A DNA stretch of 64,000 bases. It comes from Eledone cirrhosa (taxonomy: Eukaryota). Below are positions 1 to 12,989 of the stretch, piece by piece (position 1 is the first letter of the stretch; each line of letters begins with the position of its first letter). A program made the position numbers and the translations under genes. The notes beneath the pieces were generated by a model, which was given only the letters and a program-made list of their open reading frames with translations, was not told where the DNA came from and searched no databases. The DNA is taken from positions 105,524,001-105,588,000 of the forward strand of contig OZ024742.1 in assembly GCA_964016885.1 (NCBI GenBank), in the 5' to 3' direction.

Positions 1-2183
1 CCTGTACACTGAGATTACTTTATCTACCCACTTGTCAGCTAATAGTATACCTACACCACCCATCCCATCGTCATTTCCCACCCAGAAAAATTTGTAGCAC
101 TGGCTTTTTCCTACAAGGACTCTAGCAGACCCTCCTCTCCATCTAGTCTCTTGCACACAGCATACATCAACTTCCTTTCGCTCTAGCATTTCTACGATTT
201 CTCCTGCTCTTCCTTTCATTGAGCCTACATTGATGGTACCAACTTGGAGTTTTGGGCATTTGTCGACACTCATAGGGGAGGGTCTCTGGGTTGGCGCTTC
301 ACGTGGGTGCTTGGTAGCTCGCAGATTCATATTTCATCTATTGATTCAGAGTTGCTCAAATGTATTCTCAGCTCATCCATCCATAACGGTGGGAAAATTG
401 AGGGCTAGAAGAACAGTGGTGGTGGGGTAATGGTGGTGGGGTAATGTGGTTGGTGTTAGGAAAAGCATCCAGCCATAGAAACCAAGCCAAAATCAGTTCT
501 GTGTGAGCAAAACACAGTCCTCCGACCTGGCTTGTGAGTGATTAGGTTTTTATTTTTTGTCTCTCTCCTTCGTTCTACACTGAGGAAATCAAAGAATGTG
601 TGACGAAAGAGCTTTGGCAATATATAAACAACCTTCCGGTTATTGAACCAACCAACCAACTGGAAATTTATAATAAATTGAAATGAAAAACAACGGGTGC
701 GTGTGTTTTATTGGCAACATGACCCTCCCAAAGTATAACAATATGTTTCAACACACGTTTTCAGATAAGAAATCTCGCAAAACTAATTCAAAAACGAATT
801 ATAGCAAGGGTTGGACGAGTAATTAAATATTGGATCGAATAAAGTGGAGCTACTAACATCTTAGATTGGCCAGGGACCTGCATCTCACATTAAGTGTTCA
901 TATGAGCTGGGGGTCCGCATCTCGCTTACATATGTTCCCACACTTTACCAATTGCATTTTATCATAGCACCAGTGCTAGGGAGGTTGACATGTCTTTGAC
1001 ATAGCTGAAGTGTTTTTTTGACCCTTTGTTTGACAGGTTTTCTACAGCTGAATACCCTTCTTATCACCAACCACTTTGTAGGGTGTACTGGGTGCATATA
1101 TCTTTGCCTACTTATTTCCGGGCAAGTCGGGGCAGAATCCTCAAGCACACCTTCCAGCAGATTCTATCGGGAGCAAATGTCTCCAATAGATCTCATGCTT
1201 CCCAGGACAGGTTGCAGGTCCAGCACCAGTTCTTTCAGCTTGTATGTGTATATAGATATATAGTGTGGTGAATTGATGTGCAGAGTAATATGGTATAGAT
1301 CCTCTGGTATTAAGAAAGCAATATTCATAGTTTATTCCAGAACTTATTGATGTATGCATAATGTTAGTCACCACATATTTGGTTTCACTTTAGCTATAAA
1401 ATGCAGCCCAATATTTACACGAACCAAAGATCTTGGATTGGAAGAATTAGTAGTGTTAGATAAAACGCCATTGTTGTATTCTGAGTTCAAATCTCACCAA
1501 AGTCAACTACATTTCATCTTTCCAGGGTTGATAGAGTATGAGTCAAGTAATAGGGTTGGTTTAATCAACTTGCCCCAAAACTTGTTGGATTTGTGCCTAA
1601 ATTATAAATCAATATTTACAAAGACATGCCAACCTAAGCTTAAGTATCACTTCCTGATTTAATATTTCAATTTGTTAAAAGGAAATCTGAAATGTAGTCC
1701 AAGGATATTAACAAATTTTGACTGTAAACCATGTAATCATCCCCACCACCACACAGTTATTTCCCCTCAACAATAATCACTTGAAAACCAAAGATTTTCT
1801 CATTCTACAGAAATATCTCTGCTACAACCCATCAGCAGCTCGTCAGTACCACATGTATCATGAAAGAGAGGGAGAGTTGACTCTATGTTTGGTTCTAAAG
1901 GACTAAGTGTGTTATGTGTAACTAGCTTTAAATTACTTTTTCCTGAGGCCAATGTAGTTCTCAAAACCATTGGCATTTGTTACCTTTGACCTATATACAA
2001 ACACCTTTGTGAATTGGATGGTTTTTGTAATTGCATTCTTGGGTTGGGGTAGGGTGTTTCTGTTTGCGACCTTGGTTTTGGATGTGATTATATTTAAACA
2101 ATTGTAGTTAACCATAACATTGTCCTTATTGATGAACTTAACGATATTTATGTGTTACAGAAAAATCTATATATACATATATA

Positions 2184-2295
2184 CAGGGTGGCACAAGTCG
2201 TTCACCAGTAAAATAACATTTTGCCATATCTTCATATTTGTTATATAAACAGTGTTTCTCATGATAGGATGGTGTGTGACGTTTGTGCCACCCTG
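2184..2295. mobile_element. Tc1/mariner-like MITE
   Basis: TIRs CAGGGTGGCACAA ... TTGTGCCACCCTG; TA on the left and TG (probably mutated TA) on the right; 112 bp, just upstream of the SKA1 acceptor. Confidence 0.75.
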
Positions 2296-2373
2296 TGTAT
2301 ATGTATATACACAAAGAGTTTGATTGAGAACATTTAAAAAAATGTTTTTTCTAATGACACAGGTCTGTTTACA

Positions 2374-2589
2374 ATGGATAATGCGAAAACTTTAAGTGAC
2401 CTCTTCTTACAATTTCATGAGAGACTTCAGGATATAAAAAACTTGGTCAGTTTAAAGGAGAGCAAGGAAGAAGATTGGTATGAAATGACAATGCCAGACA
2501 TTTTCAATCAGTTAGCGACATTTGAAGTGACATTTTCTGCAATAAAGTGCCATCTTAAAGATTTCAAAGATGCATTGGAGAACACAAAT
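2374..2589 (+). CDS. SKA1: SKA1 coding exon 1 (N-terminal helical region)
   Basis: Acceptor cacAG|gtc at 2361-2362, ATG at 2374, MDNAKTLSDLF...DALENTN, donor aat|GTGAGT at 2590; phase 0. An upstream non-coding exon is implied but was not located. Confidence 0.85.
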
Positions 2590-2989
2590 GTGAGTTTAAA
2601 ATTAGGTTTTCTTTTTTTTCTTCTGTTTTTTGCATGCATTTCTCACAAATCAGGAACTCGTGCAAAGGCCATGGTCACTACTCTTCTCCTCATGAAAATA
2701 TGTTTAAATATTGTCATCATTGTTTTTAATCCGCTTTTCCATGCTTGCATGGGTTGGGTGGGTATTTTCCAGTGCACCATCCTTCCAATCATTGCAGTTC
2801 TTCATCTTCTCTGCTTCAGCAATTTGAGATCAGTTCTCACAACCTCTACTCAGGTCTTATTTGGTCTTGCTCTACTGTAGCTTCCTTTCATTGAGATTTC
2901 TTGGTACCTCCTCACCCAACAATCATGGATGTGTTGAATGTGTAATGTTATTGTTCTTAAAGGTGGGGATGAACTGAGAGTAAACCTGG

Positions 2990-3330
2990 GTATATGAAGA
3001 ATCAAATGAAGTGTGCAAGAGAGAAGATTGTGTGATAAATATGGATGATGGTCGTTGGGTGAAAAAGTGCCAACAGATGCCTGTGGAGTGCAGCTACTGT
3101 AGAGAAAGATTCGAAAAAAAGCCTGGGCACAGGTGCTTACAGCTGATCTCAAACTGCAGAACTTTGCAGAGATGATGAAGCAATGCTTTGACTGGACAGA
3201 AGATGTATTGTAAAGGAGCCATTCAAGCCATGCAAGCATGGACATGTCACTGGACCAAGATCTTTGGCGTTACGCAGTAATACAGAAGACCCGCCTTGCT
3301 TAAGTACAAAGCGAAACCTACAGTCAGTAG
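2990..3330 (+). mobile_element. RTE-like LINE 3' fragment (degenerate)
   Basis: Decayed C-terminal coding remnant, similar to the minus-strand copy at 8340-8935. Confidence 0.5.
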
Positions 3331-3454
3331 GCACCTCTTAATTAAATATACATACCCCCATCAACACCACCCCTTTCTCTGTAAAGTTATGTTGGTACTA
3401 CAACATCCAGTCCTAAATAAATGAGGTCATGTAGGTGTCACAACAAAAAAAAAA

Positions 3455-3668
3455 CACAGTCCACGCTGTAATGTGGCCGTGTAGGTAACATGGTAAAAAC
3501 CTCCCAGTCCACACTGTAAACGTGGTTGGTGTTAGGAAGGGCATCCAGCCGTAGAAAACCTGCCAGACAGTCCTATACGAGCAAGACAACCAATCTTGCC
3601 TCAAGTGGTACAATTCCCGTCTAAACCCATGCTAGCGTGGAAGATGGACGTTAAATGATGATGATGAG
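3455..3668 (+). mobile_element. SINE-like repeat with (GAT)n tail, probably RTE-associated
   Basis: GTTAGGAAGGGCATCCAGCCGTAGAAA core and CCCATGCTAGCGTGGAAGATGGACGTTAAA(TGA)n end; related pieces at about 450, 8030-8330 (minus), 8995-9215 and 21355-21480 (minus). Confidence 0.65.
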
Positions 3669-6041
3669 GAATCATGATGATGTGTATGTGTGAGGGATTT
3701 ATGATATCAATGAGAGTGAAATTTATTCCATTTATCAATAATTCTGACATCTTGGTGTAAATAAAACATTTAGTGTTGACAGCATTGATGATATTCTAGA
3801 GATGATTAGTCTAAATAGAACATCATCATCATCATTTAATGTTCGCTTTCTCTACTGGTAAGGGTTTGATGTGTTATCACTGACCAAGTCAGTATCCACA
3901 CAGAGTTACTAATCTCTTGGATGGGCTAGGGGCCTGCATCTCGTTTACATATATTCCTGTGCTCTGATGTATTTTATTGTTCTACCAGCTCTAAGGAGGT
4001 TGTCATGTCTTTGACACAGCTGAAGAGTCATCTCTACTCTTTGTTTGGCAAGCTTTCTCTGGCTGGAATATGGATATTCCTGTGGCATATGGTCCTGCTG
4101 TTTGTGTTTTTAGTTCAAATCCTGCTGAGGCCTATTTGAGTTATACATTTAATCTAGCACTTGATATGACACCACAACTTGGTCCTTTGGGTACTTTTAG
4201 TGGAGCCTACTCTGTTGCAAACATTTGGTTTGAGGATATCTTCCTACCTACCTCCCTTTCACTGGTGTTGGAAGTCTTTAAAAAGGCCATGAGCCCAGCC
4301 TTTACCTTTCTTTGCATAAATAGTAGAATAAATAAATAAATAATTCAGCTGTGATCATTACATCCTTTCTGACATTGTGTATTTAGAACTACATTATCCA
4401 ATGTGTTATATTTTTTTATGACGATTGTGTGTGATCTGGAGATTTAGCTGTTGTTTCTAAAAGATCTTGTGACTAAATGGAAGTACTCTTGTTGGATTGT
4501 ACTTCATTCTCAGAACCATCATTTTGTAGGAGTAGAAATCTCTGATATAGTTAGTTAGTTTGTTCAATGTAAGAGCCAAATCTAACCAAAAATAATTCCA
4601 TTTTCGTTTTAAAATAGAGACCACATACTCTAAGTTCTATATTTTAAGGAGGCACGCATTTCATTAAAACAATTTTGATGCCCTATTTTCTATATATATT
4701 TGTTAAAGCTGTCGGTATCCTCTACACTTTTAGCACTTTATTCAGTATGTTGTGGATCAAAAATCGCTTATCTGATTGCTGTCAGTAGTTGGAGAAAACA
4801 GTTTATTCTGAATTTTAATTATTCCTATATCTTTTCTGAACTGGCGTGGTCCTGGAATTCTCAGTCAGTTACCTGTGATCTGATTTCGTTTCAAAAGCTA
4901 AATAATGCTCTCTGCCTCCACCCTCTTCTTGAAAATGTATGATTGTTGTAGTTACCAATAAAATTTGCTATTCATAGTTTTCTTTCGAGTTTTAATCTTC
5001 GCGTTGTTCCTCAGGAAAAGGAAGGTGACTGTTGCTGTTCCTCTTTTGAGATGGGAGATAACTGCTGTTCCTCTTTCGAGATGGGAGATAACTGTTGTCA
5101 CCCATTGTTGTTGTTTATCCCAAAGTTAGTCTTGATCAAAGACATTTCATCAGTGACCATCTTAGATTCTTCTTTATCCAGAGCTACTTTTTTTAAAAGA
5201 AGGGCTGAGTGCGATTTGAGTGAGATTCTGCTGCTATTTAGGGCAGTATGATCGTTCGGCTATTTTTAAAGGGACATAACCGATGTATTTTGGTTTTTAT
5301 TTTCTAAAAGAAACTGTTACGGTCCTTAAATTTTAGCCCCCGTCTTATGATAATCGAACGTGACGAAATTGTTGCGTCTTTAGGGCGTCATATTCAAAAT
5401 GGTTCGGTATCTGTCCCTTCTCACTGCTCTTTCATTTCAAAATACGCCAAGCTCAAGTTTGCCTTTCATCCTTTCGAGGCAGATAAAGTACCAATCCAAT
5501 ACTGGGGTTAATTTTTACTCTTTTTCTAGAAGAAATTGAGTGTGTTCCGACTTGGAGAAGGTTCTGTTTCGCCAAGTTTAAAATGCTCAAGGCATGCCAT
5601 ATGTCTGAACGGCGCTCCTACGAGTCCATACATTACGATGTTCATTTCACAAATTTTGGTGTATTGTAATTTACAAAAATTATAAATATAACATTTTCTT
5701 TACAATGTTTAAACAAGGAGGGAAAGGCAATCCTCATGACTCTTTTCAGGGCCTCTGATACTATTGGAAGAGAGAGTGGGAGGATGGTAGTCCTGTATTG
5801 GAGACCTGGTCATAATGCTTGCAGCAGAGTGGACGACTTTGCTAAAGGTATTCAAGACCAAGTGGTGGTGTTAAACTGGGTGATGGGTTAAGCCTACCAC
5901 CAAAGATTATATAAAATAGAAATATTCCATGACATTTTCGTAGTGAAAACTTTATATTCAACACCAGAATAATGGCCAGCTTTATTTCTACTCTGTTAAT
6001 TTTATTCTATTTATTATTAAAATGTCATCTACACTTTGTAG

Positions 6042-6160
6042 GATTTGAAGAAGAATTTGGAGGAAACAATTGAAGTTGCCAAGTATATGAATCAAAATAT
6101 ACCAGATCATCTATCAACCCGCCATAAATCTACAAATAAAAGAAATATCGAATCTAGCAG
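6042..6160 (+). CDS. SKA1: SKA1 coding exon 2
   Basis: tttgtAG|GAT acceptor, DLKKNLEETIEVAKYMNQNIPDHL..., donor ag|GTAGAA at 6161. Phase 0 in and phase 2 out, which fits both neighbours. Not present in the ORF track. Confidence 0.85.
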
Positions 6161-7129
6161 GTAGAACATGGTTATTTTACAATATTTTAAGCGTTTTTAT
6201 TTTCTCTTTATTGCTGTGGTAAAATGGCCAAAACAACTATTTTGCTTTTAGATGTAATGCCTTATGCCTGGTCATCATTTTCCTTGTTCTGTAGTCTTTC
6301 ATCCACTCCAGCTTTGTACTGTATCACAGATACAGCTCAAGTGGTTTCAGCAGGAATCAAATTTCTTGCCTGCAGTGTGGACGCAAAATGTTTTAGCTTG
6401 TGTAGATACTTTTTTGCTGTTTTGTTTTTTACGTTGCCTTTCATTGGTCTATGAATGTTTCATTGATCTTTAGGATTCTTAGATATTTGTAATTGTCATC
6501 CCTTGGCTCACTCAATTGATCACCAGATGTTACATGGGATGTTTATTTTCCTTTACATGTTGGCAACTGCCTGTTTTGTGTCAGATTCTATGCTCATGCC
6601 CTGGCTGAACCTTCAGACTGTCTTTACTAGTCACTCTAGTTGTATTTCAGACTTAAGTGTTTCAGATCATCCATAAACAATAGGTGGTTTTAAAGATGAG
6701 ATAGAATCATCTTTCTTGAACTTATATCCTATCTTTAGCTTTTTCAGTAATAATGGTATTAATGATATAGAGCAATGGGTGAAAAGGAATCACTCTGAAA
6801 AATACTTCTATGTGCACATTACCTATGAACCTATTAAACTGTACAAATTAGTTTTTCAATCCTTCATGCTAGATTTTTCCCAATTTGCTTTGTTTGCCAC
6901 CCTGAACATCTTCAGAGATTCAAGAAATGGGGCATCATATTGTAAGCTTTTTTGAAAGTAAATCACCATATTCAGGTTTGTCCTTTAAGCTTTAGTCTAT
7001 GACAAAATGATTTTTTGTTCCCACAATCTTTTTGTTTTATAGGGTGGAAACTGTTACTTAATAGATGATGTTATATTTTGTCAGACTGAAACTGTATCAT
7101 CTACTTTTCAGCTGTTATTGTTTGTGGAT

Positions 7130-7313
7130 CTATGGGGTTCCTCAATTAGCTTTAGGTATTCAGTTCTCTGTACCAGGTGGACTGAATACCTTATTTAATT
7201 GCACACTATCTATACTTGTTACTCCTATGTAAACCCCCATCTTTCATGTAACTCATGTAATGTCACCTTCAGTGGATGCCCTTGTGGCAAATAAAAGAAA
7301 TCATCATCATCAT
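7130..7313 (+). mobile_element. Tx1-like LINE 3' end with (ATC)n tail in SKA1 intron 2
   Basis: GCCCTTGTGGCAAATAAAAGAAATC(ATC)n, the same terminal motif as the Tx1 array elements; also shares TGTAAACCCCCA with their 3' UTR. The 5' boundary is approximate. Confidence 0.6.
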
Positions 7314-7608
7314 CTATATATATATTTGAGCAACTTCCATCTGTCACACAGTGTGTGTGTGTGTTTGTGTGAATGTACGTGCGGGTAAAAGGAAGGGGAT
7401 GGCAGTCCATTTGCTATGCTGTGTGTGTTTGTGTGAATGTATGTGTGTGTATTTTTGTAAGTCTGTCTGTGTTTGCGCGTTTATATTTATATATTCATAC
7501 ATATAAATGTATGCACATAGACACACACAAACATATACACATACTTGTCAGCGTGTTGAAAAAATTTCTAGTTATTTATATTTTAAAAAAAGTTAATTTT
7601 ATTGACAG

Positions 7609-7779
7609 TGTTCCTGAAACAAATTTTGTCAATAGCATTAATGACAAAAATACAGAGAAGACCGTGAATCCACCACCTGTGGATATTCCAGAGAAAATTG
7701 TAGATGTTACCAATCCATTGGAGAAGGAAGTCAAGTACATTGAGTTCCTCACTGTGTCAGAATTCGAGTCCATTCCGAA
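7609..7779 (+). CDS. SKA1: SKA1 coding exon 3 (linker and start of microtubule-binding domain)
   Basis: ttgacAG|T acceptor, VPETNFV...IEFLTVSEFESIPK, donor aa|GTAAGT at 7780; phases 2/2. Confidence 0.9.
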
Positions 7780-8339
7780 GTAAGTTTCTTGTGAATATGT
7801 GTATGTGTGTGTGAGAAGATGGGGTGGGGGGGTAGTGTATGCATATATTTGGTGGTTAGAATTATAATCTATATCTCCATCCTTTTGGCCAAGATCACAA
7901 GGCGGACGACATAGGGTAGGAGTAGAGTGGCAGTCTTCAAATGAAAGGGTTAATAATTATATTTTCTTGTTATTGTAATACTTATATCTTTTACACGACC
8001 ACTTTACAGTGTGGGCTGGATGTTTACGTCCATTTTCCACACTAGTATAGGTTAGACAGGTTGTCTTGTGGGCAATGCTAGGTCAGGTTACCATGTCTTG
8101 TTCATACAGGACTGATTCTGGCTTGGTTTCTACAATGCCCTTCCTAATGCCAACCTCATTTACAGTGAGTACTGGGTGCTTTTTGTTGTGACGCCTACAC
8201 AACTACTTTACAGTGTGGGCTGGGTGCTTTTTGTCGTGACACCTACACAACCACTTTACAGTGGGGGCTGGGCTCTTTTTGCTGTGTCACCATCACAACC
8301 ACTTTACAGTGTGGGCTGGGGGCTTCACTGGATACATTT

Positions 8340-8935
8340 ACTTTGGCCTCTCATGGGGGGTGTATGGGAGGGTGGGTTGGGTTCCACTGTATATATGCTT
8401 CGGCTTGTGCCCATGGGAAGTCGGGTCTTCTGTATTACTGTGTATCGCCAGAAATCTCGGTGCAATTGGGCATGGTTGGCTTTTATCACCTCATCCCAAG
8501 TGTTTCTGGGTTTCCCTACTCCAAGGCTTCCATTGACCTTGAGCATTCTGCACTTTTTTATGCAGCTGTCATCCTTCATACGCATCACATAATCTCCTCT
8601 CCTGCACACAGCATTTGATTCCTCTTATGCTTAGTTTCTCTCTCAGTTCATTTATGCTTCGCCGTTCTTGTATATTACTATTATACATCCATTGGAGCAT
8701 ACAAGCTTCATTTCTTTCCAATCTATGCAAGTCTTCTGCACACAGTGCCCATGTCTAACTACCATGCAGCATAGCTGTTTGTATGCACGCATCATACAGT
8801 CTGCCTTTGATTCTGAGGGAGAAGCCTTTTGTATCCAGCAGTGGTAGTAATCTCTGAACTTCATCCATCCCATTCTTACTCTGGCTACTGTATTTTCAGA
8901 ACACCCACCACCGCTGCTAATTCGGTCACCTAAGT
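8340..8935 (-). mobile_element. RTE-clade LINE 3' fragment
   Basis: YLGDRISSGGGCSENTVARVRMGWMKFR and GKPRNTWDEVIK, typical of the RTE post-RT region; frameshifted. Confidence 0.8.
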
Positions 8936-10354
8936 ACATATATATATATATATATATATAATGTGTATTATGTTGGTACCACAAAACATCCAGCCCACAC
9001 TGTAAAGTGGTCATGTAAAAGACACAGCAAAAAGCATCCAGCACACACTGTAAATGTGGTTGTTGTTAGGAAGGGCACCCAGCTGTAGAAAACCAGCCAG
9101 AAACTACTATAATATGAGCGAGACAGGGTCATCCGACTCAACGTGCCTCTAAATGGGACAAACCCGTCTACCCATGCTAGCGTGGAAGATAGACGTTAAA
9201 CGATGATGATGATGCTTAAAACTATATTCCATTACTTTTTTTTAAAATCTTTTAAAAATGTATAGTATCTGCTGCTGACATTTGTATTTAACATCTGCGT
9301 GTGCTATTATCATCGTCACTGTTTATCTATCTTCCATGCTTGCATGTGTTAGACGGGTTGTTGCATACTGAGGCTAGACTCGTCAGGCGACCACTTCTTG
9401 CCTGTATGCTCCAACATAATTCTATATAAGAACACTGTTAAGCTATAAGTTATCTTAGTAATGAAATAATAATTGATAATTTTAGTAAATCCCTAAAAAA
9501 TTCTTTATGAAGTAATCGATATGGAGTGTATTTCATTAGAAATATGGTCACCAAAGGGTTAAGTAACTTCACATTAGGATACATCAAGAAGGGCTATAAA
9601 TTAAAAAAAAGTGATCATATGATGTTCTCAGTAGTAGTTGTGCAGGATGTTGACCCAGTGATATTGTCTCATGATGCTCATTGTTAAACTGATAATTTGG
9701 TGAGTTTAAATCCATAAGTGCTCAATGTCCTTTTGACATTGAGCACTTATTTCTTCTAGCTTCACAGGTCCATCGGCAGGCTTTGGTGCTCACAGTAGCT
9801 TCAGAATATTCTGGGCAGGCACTTTAATAATTCAATAATTCTAAGGTGAAGTTTCAGAATAAGAATATACCTGTAAATGTTCTAAATCCGAGGTGCACAA
9901 TTGAAAAGTTGGAAGTGCCATCCAGTGGCCCCTTTTTTGTGATGGGCCTATTGCCTCAGTTCATCTGGCTGTTAAGTATATGTACCAGATTTTCTGGATA
10001 ACTTATCTATAGTCAATTGGTATCCTATACAAAGAAAAAAATATTTTCTCTCATCTTGGAATTAGTTGCATTTTAAAGTCATGTCAGACCTGATCAAAGA
10101 CATTCCAGCTGTGATCATCCCATTTTTTACAGACATTGTCAGCAGTAAATTGGCAGAGTTGTTAAAAAATAGGAAAAAACTGTCTTAAAGTATTTGTTTT
10201 GGCTCTCTGCACTTGTTCAAATTCCACTTGGTCGGTCAACTTTTCCTTTTATCCCTCCAGGTTTGATAAACAGTCTTGGTCAGTGGATTAAGACAATCGT
10301 TAGAGCACCGGATGAGATGCCTAACTCTTTTTATTCTGAGATTTTGGGTAGTAG

Positions 10355-10732
10355 ACTTAATACTACCCCTGAGTTTAACACAAACCCTTGATTTTACACA
10401 AACCCTTGATTTTACACAACCCTTTGTCTTAACAACACCTTAGTTTAACAATAACCATAGCGTAACACTAACACCCTGGTTTAACACAATCCCTTGGTTT
10501 ATCACAACTCTCTGGTTTAACACAGCCCTGTGGTTTAATGCTTCTCCCATGGTTTAACACAGTACCCTATTTTAACACGGCCCCTTGGTTTAACACAGCC
10601 CCATGGTTTAACACTAGCCCCCTGGTTTAACACGGTACAGTATTTTAACACTGCCCCTTTGTTTAACATAGCCCCATGGTTTAACACAACTCCCTAGTTT
10701 ATCACTATCACTGGTTTAACACAACCTGCTGG
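10355..10732. repeat. ~19-bp minisatellite, about 19-20 diverged units
   Basis: Consensus approximately GGTTTAACACAGCCCCWT in tandem, in the intron before SKA1 coding exon 4. Confidence 0.9.
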
Positions 10733-10824
10733 TACTTGGGTACTTTTAGTAGAGTTTATTTTGTTGCAAGTATTGTGGGAGGTTCAGTGCTATTTAGACT
10801 TTTGCTCATTATTTATTTACACAG

Positions 10825-10994
10825 GTACATGAAGGGTCGAATTACATACAAGCAACTCAATTCTTTTATTGAAGAACTGACTAAATGCTTTGAAGCCAAG
10901 TACCGTCTAATGTCTCTTTCGAAGAGAGCTGTGCCAGAGAAGAAGAAGAATATATATGCTAAGTATAAAGCTCAAGAGAATGCTGAAGCTGAAG
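10825..10994 (+). CDS. SKA1: SKA1 coding exon 4 (microtubule-binding domain)
   Basis: acacAG|G acceptor; YMKGRITYKQLNSFIEEL...AKYRLM resembles the SKA1 motif PxYMKxRLTYxQIN; donor g|GTTAGT at 10995; phases 2/1. Confidence 0.95.
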
Positions 10995-11279
10995 GTTAGT
11001 TGTTTTAAATTTTATCTTTATGCATTAGTGTACTCTGTATGTGTGGTTTGTGAATACAGCACAAGTGTTTTAAGGCTATTTCCCTACTACAACAAGGACT
11101 ATCCTTGTGAGTCCCATGACAAGCTTCTCTCGTTTTCTCTATCATTTGCATTGCCTCTCACCAACCCCCTGGCTTTCATTTCTTCCTCCATCTTTAGTTT
11201 ATCTTAGTTTTCCCCTTCCTCTACTTCCTACTAAATTACATGCATTTTTGTTGAATGTTTCATTTCTCTGTCTCCACAG

Positions 11280-11434
11280 GTATGTGCTTCATTGTCATCG
11301 ATGACTTGAAAGAATACAGCAAGCTTCGCAATGAACCAGCAACTCGAGCCATTCTGGTGATGCTACGGCATGTTGGCCGGATTCGAGAAATTCGAGGGGG
11401 TGGCCTTGTCCGCTATGCTGCTACATTCTACTAA
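11280..11434 (+). CDS. SKA1: SKA1 last coding exon
   Basis: tctccacAG|GT acceptor; MCFIVIDDLKE...LRHVGRIREIRGGGLVRYAATFY* matches the SKA1 C-terminal LRHxxRxxExRGGGLxRY motif; TAA at 11432-11434. Exons total 831 nt, i.e. 276 aa plus stop. Confidence 0.95.
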
Positions 11435-11777
11435 CCCTTCTCTCCTCTCTTTCTCTCTCCACATCCACGCACATATAGAAACTCTGTAATATGATGACTG
11501 CAGCCTGATAACATCTCACCCCCATACCAGTAATTGGGGCAAGATGGTTGTTGTTTTACTTGGAGGGTTAGGGTGTGGTGTTAAGACATATGTGAATTTA
11601 ATTTATGACTGTTGCAGTATGTGTATGATGGGTGAGTTGGTTATATGATTATAATTTGCATTTACTTGAGAAAATGGAGAGCATGGCTTTAATTTGATTG
11701 TTTATGTTCTATTTGGGGCCAATAATGGTCTTAGTTATATATTAGTATTATTACCGTAGTAGTAGTAGTAGTACTAT

Positions 11778-11970
11778 AGTAATAATTGTTTCTACTTTTG
11801 GCACAAGGCCAGCAATTACCCCAGTGCGTAACTGGTGCTTTATTTTATTGACCCCGTAAGGATGAAAGGCAAAATTAACATCAGGGGGATTTGAATTCAG
11901 AACGCAAAGGGCCATAACTCTCTGCTGCAAAACATAGGGTCTGACACTCTACTGATACTGCCGATTTTCC
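11778..11970 (-). mobile_element. tRNA-derived SINE (dominant family) downstream of the SKA1 stop
   Basis: Reverse complement of the B-box-like GAATTCAAATCCC, the GCCTTTCATCCTTACGGGGTC core and the GGCCTTGTGCCAAAAGTAGAAACA(ATT)n tail. Confidence 0.85.
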
Positions 11971-12204
11971 AAATGACTATACTGATACTATTAGTATATT
12001 ACCAGTTTGTTACAGATGGGCGATCTATACCTTTGATTCCAGCATATTTGGCTCCAAAGCCTTGCCAGATTATCTACTTTTAGTGGACTGGAAAGGTTTA
12101 TTCAGAAATAGATTAAAAGCATACCACTGAGCTAAACACACATGCATGCAATATCTACAATTATTGCCTTGTTATTCTTCCTTTTTATGACAACAATGTC
12201 AGGT

Positions 12205-12775
12205 TTTATAGCCACTGCTGCAGTCCCTTGCCATGTGTGGGCCCTGGCACCTGAAGCCTGGCCTCCAGACGCACGCAGAAGACTATTCACAGTGGCTGTT
12301 CTCCTTTCATCGCTGCAACATTCCACCTCGTGTCTTGTGTTACTACGTGTGCCTGTGTGATTAGCTTGCTCATGCTCATCTCTGTTGCCAGGCAGCTGTT
12401 GGAGCCTCACTAAAATTTCCTCAGGAACCCGTTCACAAACGCCAACCGCATGGCACATTCGTGTTCTACCACGAATCCAGCCAACGTAGCCAACCGCTGT
12501 AACTCTGTTGCAAATACGTCCACGTATTCTCCCTTCCATCTCACACTGCCTAGCTTGGCGAAAGCAACCAATATAACTTTCCTCAACCAGGCGACATCTC
12601 CCTTGCCGTTAAATGCTTTGATCGCCTCGCTACTCATTCTCAATTTCGCCACCATCTCCCCTGCAAGATTGGAAAAGTCAATAATACCCCAAGAAAGAAA
12701 GGATAAAAAAAAAGGTAAAATAAAACGCTGCCGGGAGTAAGAATGCCAAAAGATACTTGTAGCCAGAAGCATTCA
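12205..12775 (-). mobile_element. LTR-retrotransposon (Gypsy-like) gag fragment
   Basis: AFNGKGDVAWLRKV...GEYVDVFATELQRLATLAGF...RLAFVNGF, plus a decayed zinc knuckle (G)FRCQGPHMARDC near 12215-12260. Confidence 0.65.
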
Positions 12776-12989
12776 GACTTACCTTGCGTCTTCGAAACAC
12801 TTTGGCGAGAGTCGTTCCACTCTCCAAGTGGGGTACATCCAACAGCGTCTACCTTCACACAACATATCTACTCATGGCGTGAACTGCTAGTCCTTTGATC
12901 CTCGTGTGACGTCACGTCCTCATGCTTCCGATCAGGCGTCCTCCAACTTCTGGCAATCTCTCTCCCTCGGCAGCCCCAGATGCTCCCCT

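Noticed and set aside
2590-2880. Hydrophobic C-terminal extension of ORF 2374-2880
   Set aside because: This is read-through past a good GTGAGT donor into intron and repeat sequence.
9640-10020. Unassigned non-repetitive stretch in SKA1 intron 3
   Set aside because: I found no recognisable motif or convincing open frame, so an exon or pseudogene call cannot be supported.
10355-10732. CRISPR-like appearance of a repeated core with variable parts
   Set aside because: The variable parts are short and homologous to each other, there are no cas genes, and it lies in a eukaryotic intron; it is a minisatellite.
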